Source: Mytilus edulis | Lineage: Eukaryota | NCBI RefSeq assembly: GCF_963676685.1 | Contig: NC_092350.1 | Span: forward strand, 30,318,001-30,382,000 | DNA: 64,000 nt | Direction of reading: 5' to 3' | Shown here: one piece after another, positions 13,274 through 25,903 of the stretch | Layout: each line of letters starts with the position of its first letter | Position numbering within the stretch: the first letter of the stretch is position 1 | Made by a program: the position numbers and the translations under genes | The notes under the pieces: generated by a model | The model's input: only the letters and a program-made list of their open reading frames with translations | What the model was told of the DNA's origin: nothing | Database searches by the model: none

Positions 13274-13991
13274 CTATAAAAACAGTAAATGATGTCAGTA
13301 GTTCTCTGTACAACATCTTTGGTCCGCAAATATCAAAATCATCAAAAGGACCTTAAGAGCTACGTCTTCGCAGCTACCATAGAACACAAATGCACTTTTT
13401 TTTTATTCAACTGACCATTTTCTGATGTTTGTTCGATCAAATTATCCACCAATGCTCGTCTTTGTATACTAGTTTTACATAGCATTATATGTATTTTGAT
13501 TTTGCACTTTAATGGTTTTCAAATAAGACTTAGAAATCTTTTCAATCTTTTGGAAATATAAACATATTCTACTGAGTACTGTCTCATATGAACAATTTTT
13601 CTCACGTATTTCGCTTTTAACATTTTAATACATAATTTTTTTTTGTCTTAGTCTCCGTTTCGAATCGAAAGGTCAATGGGTAATGTCATTAGAACAATAC
13701 CTTACTGATAGAACTTAACAATATCAATATATTTGTATCCACAGATCGTTTGATTCTGAAACGGCAAACCCCGAAACCCCTAAAACAATAATAATGTCAA
13801 GTTTGGTTGAATTTTCTTTTATTATGACATTTGTTAGCCAATTACACACGCGTTTAGGTGTACGATTATGAAACTATTATCTATATTTCATGAAAGATTC
13901 GTAGCATTAGTAAAAAGATACTTTTATATGAGAAACTGGTGATTGTTTTGCCTATGAGTCCTGAAATGAAAATACTTTTCTTGACACTTAC

Positions 13992-14119
13992 TGTGGAAAG
14001 CCCTTCGATTTTGGCTTTTTTGAAAATCTTGCAGCTCTCTCGCTGGGTAAAAGACATTTATCTGACTGTGCATCAGCAAGATGGTATAAGACTAAAGTGA
14101 TGGCACTGACCAAAATAAT
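13992..14119 (-). CDS. Secreted cationic protein, coding exon 2 (IILVSAITLVLYHLADAQSDKCLLPSERAARFSKKPKSKGFP)
   Basis: Acceptor ccacag, donor GTAAGT, 128 nt open (phase 0 to 2). Hydrophobic core ending in A-D-A, a signal-peptidase-like site. Confidence 0.65.
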
Positions 14120-14529
14120 CTGTGGATGGATATAAAACAGTCACAAAGGAAGAGTGATTAAAAAGACACAATATTCATTTACCGTTTCCTTCTTAAGACT
14201 TCGAAAATTACAACTTCCAAAATCTAAATCTTATTTTCAAATGAAAAAGAAATCATAATGATCGGTTTTCATTGTACTAGAGTAACATCTATGTATATAT
14301 GTATAATGCCTCCTGTCCGGCTAATGAACTATTTCGTCATTCGTTACTCATTTTGATAAATGCTAGTTACTATCGGCCATAAAACGTAACATCATGATGT
14401 TTAAAAAATTTGAAGTTTCTTGAAGCTGCATTGGTATCTTTCTATAGTACAGAGTGACACAGTCCTTGACACACTGAGAAAGGGGAGATAATCTATAATG
14501 TTACGCTACAGAACTCACTTATATAAGCT

Positions 14530-14760
14530 TAGATTGGATTGATTATTAGTGTTTTAACGCCATTTTAAAGCGCCACTTTTGGGCTATTTAGTGGCGGCCA
14601 GCTTTTATTGGTAGCGGAAGCCAGAGTGCCAGGAGGAAACCACCGACCAGTCACCTGCGATAAATAGGAAAACTGACAGTCATTAGAATCGAGTGCACCT
14701 GTACGGGCGGAGTTCGAACTCACAACCTCAGTGTTGACTGGTTAATGATAGTACAGTAGT
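14530..14760 (-). mobile_element. tRNA-derived SINE remnant (second family)
   Basis: Plus strand TTTTAACGCC...GTGGCGG.CAG.TTTTATTGGT...GGAAACCACCGACC...GTTCGAACTCACAACC, the reverse complement of a SINE with a B-box. Confidence 0.55.
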
Positions 14761-16584
14761 ACAGGCGGAAACCCGATTGAAATAGAACAAAAGAATCGAA
14801 GCTCTTTGATAGAGAAGGCGATAAATGCTTACTGTAATGTTTACTGTAGTAACCCAAAAAATAAAAGTTAATAGAAACAAATAAAATGACAATTTTCTTC
14901 TCAATTACGAAGTGTTCTATTATAAAAACACCATTTGCATAAGGTTTTAATTTATCTATTACATAGTTAAGCAGAACAATTAGATATCAAGTCGACGACA
15001 TGCGTATCTATCAAGTTGGATGTAGAAAATGCATAACCTCCGATTTTTTTGAAAAAAATTACCACGATTGGAGAACATATCAATCCATTAGTTCAGTAAT
15101 TGTCGTGTCTGCCCTTCCATTATGTGACTCAAGAAAAAAATATATAAAATGGGTTACAATTGTATCGAAAAGAGAAAACCGAGTGCACCTTTTTATGTTA
15201 GTGCGTGTTTGAGTGGAATATTTTGTCCTGAAAACGTATAAAGCAAGAATATTTGATACATCATCTCGCTTCAGATTCTATCACTTTTATATATCAAACC
15301 TACAGGTTGACTTTATAACATAAAAAAATCACAGTACTAAAAGATGAAATATATGGGTCAAGTGAAATACCTATCTAATGAATCATAAAAACAGAGAAGG
15401 TGTGTTCGAATAGCTATTTTTTATACTAAAAGTACTTGACGACAGTCTTTCAAGTTGTATTCATGATGAAAATGCATATCTTCAAAAAAAAATGTTTGTG
15501 TGTGATAACGAAAGGTTTATAGTCTTTAACCATTAAACAAATCTAGTCTGTCCTTCCACGAAATATTTAATTAGAATTTTTTTTAAATGTTTATGAATTT
15601 TCAAATCTTTCACCTGACAACCGATTAGACAATAGTTTTAAGTTGTATCAATGCAGACAAGATTATTAACTGATGTTCATTAGCTAGAAGATACATTTGT
15701 CTTTTAAAATACAACTGACGTATAAGGATCGTAATAGTGCTATGCGGATAAATCTATCGGATTTCAAGAGCAAAATTGGCAACGCGTCATCCCTACAATG
15801 GCTTCCATTTTTACGATTGTGAAAATTAACTGGCGTAATGGGGAGATAATTTTGACGAAGTAGATTCCTGACTGAGTAGAATTACTTAAACCACTATAAG
15901 CTTAGATGTATCGTCTTAAATATGTATGTATCACTTGCCAGTGTACGTTAAGCAACCGACAGTAAATAAACCCAACATAATTTATAGTTAATAACGAAGA
16001 GTTAGTTTTAAAATAACGATAACAACCATATAGTCTCTAGCAAAAAATTCGAATTTAAGCATAATTTCTAAACTTCCAAATCTATCTTTTATCCAATTTT
16101 TTGAAGAACTCACCTGTAAATGCATCTTTTCATCCAATGGTATCTGTCATATCAAACAAAATGGCACAACTGGTGCACAATCTAATTTCATATAGATTTT
16201 GTATCCATGAATGCATTTCTGAACAGTTAATTTGTCTAGTTACTTATAAATTGTATACAGCATTAAAATTATGCAAAACTATAATAAATAATCAATAGTG
16301 TAAGAAATAAGGAAATAATTTCATAAAAAAAGAATTTATGATTACGAAGTATTACAGAAATTCTTTATAAACATGTTAAATACGACTTTAAATGGATTCC
16401 TATTTTTTTTCGCGTTCTTAATCAGTTTCAATATATATTATATATGTTATGTATATTTGTAATTAGTAATCTTGTTTTTAAGCGTACGAGCAGCATGTGC
16501 TTCCTCGGGTAAGTTCTAAGTTCAGAAGCAAAAAAAGTGAGACAGCAAAAAAAAAAAAAAAAACCCAATGCGTTCGATATTGCA

Positions 16585-17020
16585 TAAAGGAGGATCGAAA
16601 TATACCAGAGGGACATTCAAACTCATAAATTGAAAAAACCTGACAACCCCATAGTTAAAAAAGAAGAAAAAAAGGTAAACAGACAAACAATAATACACAA
16701 AACACACCATAGAACACTAAAGACTAAGCAACGCGAACCCCACCAAAACTAGGACTGATCTAAGGAGCTCTGGAAGGATGAGGAGATCCTGCTCCACATG
16801 TGATACCCGTCATGTTGCTCATGCAAGTTCAAACCCGGTAACAAGTCTGATATTAGGTTGGTCACATTCGTGAAAAGGGGACGAGATTGTAGTTACGATA
16901 TTACAAACATATCCGCTATCATCTGTGAAACAGATATTCTATAATGGTCAACTGGCGTCCGTAAAATTTACGAAGGGATGATTTCAACTTCACCATCTAA
17001 TTTGGAACTCTTGGTTTACG
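16585..17020 (-). mobile_element. Penelope-like element 3' remnant
   Basis: Minus strand encodes degenerate VKLKSSLRKFYGR..DH...SVSQMIAD, followed by a conserved 3' non-coding tail. Related pieces at 1560-1665 and 61150-61740. Confidence 0.55.
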
Positions 17021-17758
17021 AGCATAACATGCTAGTCACTGTTGACGCTAACTCGTGACAGACGCTAACTAATTGATATTTCAATTGTTAAGTGTGTCGA
17101 TAGTAGTATTCTAGTAAGGTACACAGGATAAAACTATACTTGCTGATTGTTTATGTATATGATATTCAAATGTAGATTCATAATTCTTTCAAGGGATCAA
17201 AAAGTGTAAGAACGGTTAAATTCATAACCTAGAATGTTCATATTATTTTGAGGCCGTACTTAACTTTCCTGTTTCTTGACCACATGTAACAGGATCGTTA
17301 TTTAAAAAAAAGATATTACAGGGAAAAGCTGTTTGTGTTTTATTTTTTTGTAAAAGTTATTGATGACCATGAAATTAAGTATTTGTACTTGATGCCGCCC
17401 GAGACAATTCAATATTGTTACATTGGCTCCTGACGGGATCAAACTGGATACAGGGTTTACAAAAAAATCAAACTCTTATATACCAAGTTGTGATGCATTA
17501 CGTTGATTAGAGAAGAAGAAGTAAACAAGGGTTAATTTTCCCTGACCAAACCTGACCGATCTGGTCATGGGATTAGTATTGAAACAATTTTAGGTGAGAA
17601 AGAAATAGAAGTTCAAGACGACAAAATAACACCAATAATGATAAAAACTATTGAGCCAAAAAATAAATAAATCGATAAACCTTGTTTAGCTGCAATTATA
17701 ATTCATATATAAGAAAGGAATATCCCTGGCATGTTTGGATCTGAAAATAACTACTTAC

Positions 17759-17782
17759 TCCCAAGACAGAACGAAAACTCAT
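17759..17782 (-). CDS. Secreted cationic Cys-containing protein (unknown family), coding exon 1 (MSFRSVLG)
   Basis: Acceptor-like ttgcag just upstream, ATG at 17782, 24 nt, then donor GTAAGT. Phase 0, joins in frame to exon 13992-14119 to form a signal peptide. Confidence 0.6.
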
Positions 17783-19051
17783 TTTCTGCTGCAATATATA
17801 GAGGAAAGCATGATTGTGTACAAAATCTAACATACATAGATAAGCCGCCTTAGCAACAGGTAAAATATTATATTCCGCCCGCATTAAATCATTCTATCTC
17901 CCCTTACAAACACCATCCCCGGGAGTTTCAAATTGTTGTCTCCTAATCATATACATTTGTATATAATGATATCATATATATCCTACCTATAATTTCTAGA
18001 CATGATCTGTCATATTAATTACAAGTTTTGATACCATTGATACAGCAGAGTCGATCATTATCTTTGGCATTGCTATTGACAGAGATCCGGTTTAAATGAA
18101 ATTTGAACACCTATGTATTCAATGTATATAAACTGATTATCTAACTGTGTGGTCTTAAACGACCTCAACTGGCTGGTAAGCCATCACAAGGTCGACTCGG
18201 CGTCAGAAGGCGTTTGGTGAGCGATTAAATATTTTGTTGACGTAATAATGAAACGTTGGAATGGACGATTTTTTTTGGTACGATTTTTTTGGTTTGTTGA
18301 TTATTTTGTACTATTTCATTGTGGTTAACTGTCTTCACAACGGCTGCTTTCAGAGCCATGTAGTTTACCTGTCAGTTTTGCAGCCCGCTTACCACGATGA
18401 TGAAGTACTGGTCGATAAGTCGATAAATTTTGTGAGCACTGCATATGATGTTGATCATTAACGTAAGGCAGTCATGGCTTTCCATATAACAACGTTCTGG
18501 AATAACGACGTGACGTTATTTCATTTTGAGCTACCTCCAATGAAATAATACACAACATCGATCCAACAATTGCAAAGCGTTGGCTAGCAGTCATATTCAG
18601 AGGTATAATTCAAAATAATTTTCAAGAGAGTGAAGTCCTTTTAATCATGTTAGTATCTTGAAATAGATATAAGGCCAAAGTTATGATTTTTTGGTTTGCT
18701 CGTTTTTTGTAGTCTTTTTTATTGTTTTCAATACAAACTTGTAAAATATTTTATAGTTTTGATGAATATTTTGTAAAATATTTTCAAATAAAAGTTAAAA
18801 AGAAATACCATTTAAATTGGAAATGTTTAGTTTTTTATGGTGATTGTGTGTCTATGTGTGGGTGTGTGTGTAGATATTCTTAATGGCTGGCTGGTTTTGA
18901 AAATATGACGACACAAAACTTTATGAAACACACTCACAATAATCAATTTGTTAGTAATTAACTTTATGCAAATTTAAAGATAAATCAAGTGTCATAACTC
19001 TTGAACGATAAAAATGGAAACAACAAAAAGTGAAATTCATTTTTTTTTATA

Positions 19052-19248
19052 TAAATAAGGCCGTTAGTTTTCTCGTTTGAATTGTTTTACATTGTCATAT
19101 CGGGGCCTTTTATAGCTTACTATGCGCTATGGGCTTTGCTCATTGTTGAAGGCCGTACGGTGACCTATAGTTGTTAATGTCTGTGTCATTTTGGTCTCTT
19201 AAGGACAGTTGTCTCATTGGCAATCATACCACATCTTCTTTTTTATAT
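19052..19248 (+). mobile_element. Family A interspersed repeat copy
   Basis: Near-identical to 6680-6872. Confidence 0.7.
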
Positions 19249-19867
19249 TTACATTATACTTATTGGTCCAAAATAAAGGCAACAGTAGTATACCGCTGTT
19301 CAAAACTCATATATCCATGGACAAAAAACAAAATCGGGGTAACAAACTAAAACCGAGGGAAACGCATTAAATATAAGAGGAGAACAACGACATAACACCG
19401 AAACGTAACACACACAGAAACGGACCAAGCATCAGACAAAACACCACGAGAATAACAAATATAACATGAAAACCAAATACATGAATTTGGGATAGACAAG
19501 TACCGTGCCACGTCTTATCTCAATTTCTCAAAAATAAGAGAAAACACAAACGACTCAACGTTAAAATGCAACACACACAGAAACGAACAATAATATAACA
19601 ATGGCCATCTTCCTGACTTGGTACAGGACACTTTTAAAGGGGGAATAAAAGTGGTGGGTTGAACCTGGGTTGTGGCATGCTAAACCTCGCACTTTAATGG
19701 CAAAGTTAAATATAACATTGAAATGACAACATAATATTACAGGACTACAATACAAATTAATAGAACATATTAGACAAAGAAAAACATGATTAATAGATAA
19801 CAAAAGGCATCAGGTTTAAAATTCAATACGCCAAAAACGCGTCTTGTCCACACAAGACTTACAAGTG

Positions 19868-20349
19868 ACGCCCGGATATATAGGTCGAAAGTGAAAAAAG
19901 TACAAAGTTGTACAACACTGAAGATCAAAAGTTGAAAAGGTTTCGCCAAATACGGCATTGTTTTTATGCCCGGGATAAGAACATTCTTATTATATAGAAC
20001 AATTCATGCTATTGCAAACAGTAAATTATATCAAATGAATATGAAAGAGATATACATAAAGAAACTGAAGTATTAACTAATTACAGAAAACTAAACCCGA
20101 ATACATAACGCCCAGATATAAAAGATCGAAAGTGAAAAAGGTACAAAGTTGTACAGCACTGAAGATAAAAAGTTGAAAAAGTTTTGCCAAATACAACATT
20201 GTTTTTATGCCCAGGATAAGAACATCCTTATTATATAGAACAATTCATGCTATTGCAAACAGTAAATTTTAACAAATGAATATGAAAGAGATATACATAA
20301 TGAAACTGAAGTATTAACTAATTACAGAAAACTAAACCCGAATACATAA
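19868..20349 (+). repeat. Tandem duplication, 2 x ~240 bp, within an interspersed repeat (~19270-20560)
   Basis: ACGCCC.GATATA...AAACTAAACCCGAATACATAA repeated at 19868 and 20108. Confidence 0.85.
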
Positions 20350-22167
20350 TGCTATTAAAGTTTAACACAGAATAGACACACCCGAATCAGTCCAGGCGTC
20401 AACGTAATTAAAAAAATGTGACGTCACATACGATGGCGAAAAGGCACAAACGTTATGCCACATTTGAATTTATGAAATTTAGAAAGAGTATGACGTCACA
20501 TATGAAAAACTATCAAAGTGAGATAGAATTAGGATTGATTTAAGATTATATTAGAACTAAATACTGATAATTCATTTAACGTTCGATTTATATGTCAATT
20601 AATTTCAAAGGGAATTCTCCGCTTATTATCCAATGTTAGGGTACTACTGTGTTGGAGATTATAAAAAAAAATTGTTTTCAGAGGTTAAATAGAGAACACT
20701 TTAAGAAATTAATTGTAATTTTAATGGAGTACTTTAGATTTCAAAAGACAGGTAATTGCAATTTAAATCATTTTCACTTTTAAGATTCCAGAGTGGTTGA
20801 ACTTGATTGTTAGAAAAATCCAAAATTTTTTGGTTTCTTGGTAAAAAAAAGAATAGATCTTCTTTATGAAATGAATAGAAATTTAAAAAGTGGTGTGAGT
20901 GCCAATGAGAAAACCTTTCCAAGTCATAATGTATAAAAAAAAAAAGTTAACAATTATAGGTCAGAGTACAGCTTCAACACAAAGAATTGGATCATACCGA
21001 AAAGTAAGCTTTAAAGGGTCCAAAAATGACTAGTGTAAACCAATCCTAAAAAGATTCTAAATAAAGAGAAACGAGAAACACTTATGAACCACACCAACAA
21101 AAGACAAACACAGCACGAAAGGCTCCTGACTTAGGATTAATGACTTCGTCGTTTTCAATTTTACAGCTCAAGAGTTATGAGAGTTGAAAAAAAATCAAAA
21201 TTTTGTAGTTTTGGATAATGAATTGAGAACCTCTTTTGAAATTAATTGACATTTAAATGGACTGTTTTTGAACCCTAAGAATATTAAGTTAAATCAATTT
21301 TTGTTTTTTAAATATTACCGTTCTAGTGTTGCGATACTTGGTTGTTGCAAAAATGAAAATAAAAAATGTGGATGCCGAAATGATAAATAGAAACACCATT
21401 ATAAAATTAAGTAAAATTTGAATGGAATGTTTAGGCCAATGAAGACAGGTTACAGTCGGTTTTCGTCATTTCGCTTTAACCGTTCCAGACTTACTAGGAT
21501 AAATTGTTGATTGTTGGACCAATTCAGCCGTTTTGTAGTTTCCGGATAATATGATATCTTATTAACTGCGAGTGGGAGTTTCTGTGATTATCAAATACTT
21601 TTTTTTTTATTTTGCTGTTAAAATCAAGATTGGTACCAGTAATCCATAAATGTAAAACTATTACAATGTTAAATTTTTGAAGTGGACTAAATTTCTGGTC
21701 ATTTCTTAACTCGAGGACTAGAGGATACATGCATTGTAAGGTTTGTTTGTGCACGGCAATTGTACATCCTTTATGCAAATAAATAAAGAGATATGTTATT
21801 ATTATCAATTGTAAGCGTTTTACCAAAAACTCAACAAAGCAATAGTTGCCATTCATTTTTGGCGATTGATTTTTTTTTTAAATGTTAAAGATCGTAAAAT
21901 GTTTTTAATAACAACGTAATAAAGAATATAATTTTATTTTTGTATCACAAAGAAACAATCGAAGATTTTGACCATTAGTCAAGTGAAGCAAATGTCCAAC
22001 TAAAAACACATTAGTTGCTAATGTCAGAGGCTATGACAAGTAATGGCTTCAATTAATAGTACTAAAAATAACATATCTTTCAATAAATAATAATATCCAG
22101 CTGCTAAGAGCTGAAAAACACAAACATATCTCAATAGAACTGTGTTTCGGACAACGAAACAGTTAAA

Positions 22168-23280
22168 TCATATAGACGTTGAAGGCACTGTTCCGTTTAA
22201 CGGCCAACTATTTTTCTCGTCTCTTACAGCCCTGTCGAACGTATGTGATGGCGAGCTGAGTTGTGATGTACAGTTCATTACTCCAATGTGATTTCTTCTT
22301 CCTAGTGAAGAAATATTTGTAATCGTGTATTGCTCACGTCTATAACACTGCATGGTAGACATGCAAAATACTTCCCTGCATCCACGACGGAAGTTGGAAT
22401 TATAACACATGTAAATTGCCGGCTTGATGACGCTGGAACTAAAAACGAGTATAACGCATGCGTAGTACCAGAAATTGTCAATGGGAGTTGATGTCAAGAA
22501 ACCAACGATTAGCTGAAGGAAATACATAGGTGAAATCAACACGACGTTTGACAGAGCAGTGATCATTAACATTTTCACCATTTTAACTTTGGTTCTTGGA
22601 ACTGAATTCATTGTTCTTTGAAATTGAAGACACACACCTGAATGTCTCCATATAAAGTGGAACACCTTCGCGTAAAGCACAATCATGATAACAACAGGCG
22701 ATGTATACTGTATTATAAGTATAGAGATGATGTAACCTACTCCTGCCCACCGCGCCGTCTCTGGTGATATATATGTTGGACAAAAATGGAAGCTTACATT
22801 GTTTTTAGTAATCACAACTTCCTCATAAAAATACAGAGAAAAACTAGAAAATACCATTGAAACAAAACCGGCAACTCCAATCATTCTTTTTGACGTACCA
22901 CGTGTGACTTTGAATGTCAGTGGGTAAATTATGGTATAAAACCTGTCTACACAAATAGAGGTCAGAACAAAAGCTGTGACACCTAGTGTGAAATGCTGTA
23001 GGAAGCGAGTGATTCGGCACATAAAATCTCCGAATGGCCATTTTCCCACCAAAATACTTCCTGTTATCCAAGGAAGAGCTGTAATCGCAAAAAGTAGATC
23101 CGTACAAGCCAATCCGACTATGAAATAATTTGTAGTGGACTGGACCCTTCGACTTCGATAAATTACTAAGCACACTAAAACGTTTCCTAGTATACAAAGT
23201 ATCCACAGTATACAAATAATTAATGTTAAAAATACAACCTGGCCGCTGCGGATATCTTCTGAGAGGCCAGGTTCATTCAT
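22168..23280 (-). CDS. GPR19: GPR19-like class A G-protein-coupled receptor
   Basis: 370-aa 7TM ORF with GNVLVCLVIYRSRRVQSTTNYF, ICVDRFYTIIYPLTFKV, RTMNSVPRTKVK, KPAIY (KP in place of NP) and NFRRGCREVFCMS. These match the vertebrate GPR19 sequence as I recall it. Acceptor at 23452-23454 opens the coding exon. Confidence 0.9.
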   Translation of the reverse strand: MNEPGLSEDIRSGQVVFLTLIICILWILCILGNVLVCLVIYRSRRVQSTTNYFIVGLACTDLLFAITALPWITGSILVGKWPFGDFMCRITRFLQHFTLGVTAFVLTSICVDRFYTIIYPLTFKVTRGTSKRMIGVAGFVSMVFSSFSLYFYEEVVITKNNVSFHFCPTYISPETARWAGVGYIISILIIQYTSPVVIMIVLYAKVFHFIWRHSGVCLQFQRTMNSVPRTKVKMVKMLMITALSNVVLISPMYFLQLIVGFLTSTPIDNFWYYACVILVFSSSVIKPAIYMCYNSNFRRGCREVFCMSTMQCYRREQYTITNISSLGRRNHIGVMNCTSQLSSPSHTFDRAVRDEKNSWPLNGTVPSTSI

Positions 23281-23619
23281 ACTACAATCGATTCATATCA
23301 AGTTCTAATAGGTTACATATCCATTCCTGCTGTATTGTGTGTGTTACACTAAAGTATTCTGAATTGGTGGTTGTCATTTTCTTGCTTATATTTGAAGACA
23401 CCTTTCGTCAATTTTGTCTGTATTTTGCACTTTGTGTGCAATCTAATACACCTAAAACAGAATTGAACAAATCTAAATTAAATCAAATTTCATTATTCAT
23501 GTAGCAATCTTTGTACAAAGAACGTACTATATCAATGTACAAAAACAAATGTATAATTAATTAAAAGTTAAAGACAAAACTTTTTACAAATGTGTGACAT
23601 TACTCTTCCTCGTCATTAC

Positions 23620-24366
23620 ACAGGACGATTGCGCTTTTTTTTAACCTGTAAAACGATAGGACATTTGCGCTTCAATTATTATGGACATTTTCGCTTTAAA
23701 GTTTGATTCACCTGTATTAATTAAACCGGACATTTGCGCTTTTTACCTATAGTCGTCTACCTGTAATTCTATTGAGAAGTTATCATAACGTCAATAAATT
23801 TAATTTATATTAGTACGACAAATCGTCCAGAATCCTTCCATGCCCACTATAATGAACAGTTTCTATTTTTTTGGTATCTTTTTGAAGAGTATCATTGAAC
23901 AACAGTCGGTGAATTACATTAAGATTCGTTACATTGATGAATAGGCACCCTGGTCTGGAATTGAGAAAAAATAACTTGATTATTTATTTGAAATGTGAGC
24001 AAAATATCAGTCAGAACAGATAACAAGAGCTAAATTTGATCATTCCTTGGGCTTCCGTTATCAAGCTAAACTTACCTGTGATGACTACACATGTTTTATG
24101 TCTTTATAATGTTAACTTTAAGCTGTATATAAACTTTATAACATATATCAATGTGCTATGAAATGTGCTACGAAATGATTTTAAACTTTTAACAATAAAG
24201 AAAAATATGATTTTAACTCTTTAAGGTCAAATATTGCAAAAGCGCAAATGTCCTATGTAAAAAGCGCAAATGTCCTTTATTAAAAAGCGCAAATGTCCTA
24301 TGATTTAAAGCTCAAATGTCCACAATAAAAAGCGCAAATGTCTTATGAAAAAGCGCAAACGTCCCT
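23620..24366. mobile_element. Foldback/TIR non-autonomous element with arrays of a 17-bp subterminal motif
   Basis: Four GGACATTTGCGCTTT-like motifs on the left (23620-23745) and six inverted AAAGCGCAAATGTCC-like motifs on the right (24237-24366). Confidence 0.65.
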
Positions 24367-24394
24367 CGCCGCCTTCTTCAACAACAATTTGGGA

Positions 24395-25435
24395 ACACAA
24401 TAAAATTGAGAATGGAAAAGGGGAATGTGTCAAAGATACATCAACCCGACCAAAGAGCAGACAACAGACGAAGGCTACCAATGGGTCTTCAATGCAGCGA
24501 GAAACCCCCACACCCGAAGGCGTTCTTCAGCTGGTCAATAAACAAAAATGTATACCAGTTCAGTGATAATGGACGTCATACTGAACTTCGATATATACAC
24601 AAGAAACTTAAATTAAAAATCATACATAACTAACAAAGGACAGCGGCTCCTGACTTTGGACAGGCGCAAAAAAGCGGCGGGGTTAAACATATTGTTTTTT
24701 AAGATCTCAACCCTCCCCCTATACCTCTAGCCAATGTAGAGAAACAAACACACAACAATACGCACAGTAAAACTCAGTTCAAAAGAAGTCCGAGTCCGAT
24801 GTCAGAATAGGTAACAAGAAACTAAACAAAATGACAACGATACATAAATCAACAAAGGACTACTAGCAGTTACTGACATGCTACCTCTAGACCTCAATTA
24901 AACTGATTGAAAGATTATGTCTTCGTCATATGAATATCAAATACAATCCCTCTCGTTAGGGGTTTAGTATTATACTATCATAAAATATATGAGAAGAACA
25001 TAACCCGTATCATGCCAACAACTGGTTTTCGAAAAAAAATGTGCTTATTTCCGATGCAAAGATCCTATAAGGGATGGGAAATACCTGAACGTATAAGATG
25101 TATGCATGTTGAATTATATTTACGAATGATGTACCGATGATAAAATTTTGACTAGATTGTGATATCGAAACATCCAAATCTAAAACGTTGTTACATACAC
25201 GAACGAATCTTATAAGTTGAGAGATATAAACACCATAAGATGGTGACAAGGGAACGTCACCATCTAAAAATTGATAATTAACGATAGGAAATGAAAGATT
25301 TTCTCTTTTATCATAAATATTTTGGTACTGAGTTTCCCGTTGATGATAAAAATATCAAGATCGAGGAAATGGCAGTGTTCATTATTAGTATTAGCTTCAT
25401 TTAAAGTTAGTTCAACAGGATACATTTCTTTAGTA
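24395..25435 (-). mobile_element. Penelope-like retroelement fragment (RT C-terminal part plus 3' region), degenerate
   Basis: Minus strand YPVELTLNEANTNNEHCHFLDLDIFIINGKLSTK...PIVNYQFLDGDVPLSPSYGVYISQLIRFVRVCNNVLD, with frameshifts and deletions. Confidence 0.7.
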
Positions 25436-25903
25436 GTACATGTACTTGTAAAAGTAAACCATTATCGGTAAAGTACGATCTTCAACACGGAGTATATTCA
25501 CACCAAATAGCAAATAATAAAGGGCCCCAATGATCTTTTTAATTTAAGTATTACACAAGTGTAGTCTCTTTCAATTAATTCACAATCCTTTACATGTTAA
25601 ATTAACTGACATTTACTATCACAAAAATCGAAGTTCGTAAATTTACGTTAATAGATATAAGAAAATGTGGTGTGAATGCCAATAAGACAACTCTCCATAA
25701 AAGTCACAATTTGTAAAGGTAAACCATTATGGGTCAACGTACGGTCTTCAACACTGAGCCTTGGCTCACACCAAATAGAAATCTACAAAGGGCCCTTACA
25801 TGACTAGTGTAAAACCATTCAAACAGGAAAACCAACGATCTAATCTATTTAAAAAAACGAGATATGAGAAACATCAACAACCGACAACCAGTCCACTTAA
25901 AAT

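Noticed and set aside
13300-13470. Possible additional exon (…QRRALVDNLIEQTSENG…) of the secreted-protein gene
   Set aside because: Weak acceptor, an in-frame stop and no clear donor.
22583-23504. Alternative-frame and antisense ORFs over GPR19
   Set aside because: They overlap a well-supported CDS and show no motifs.
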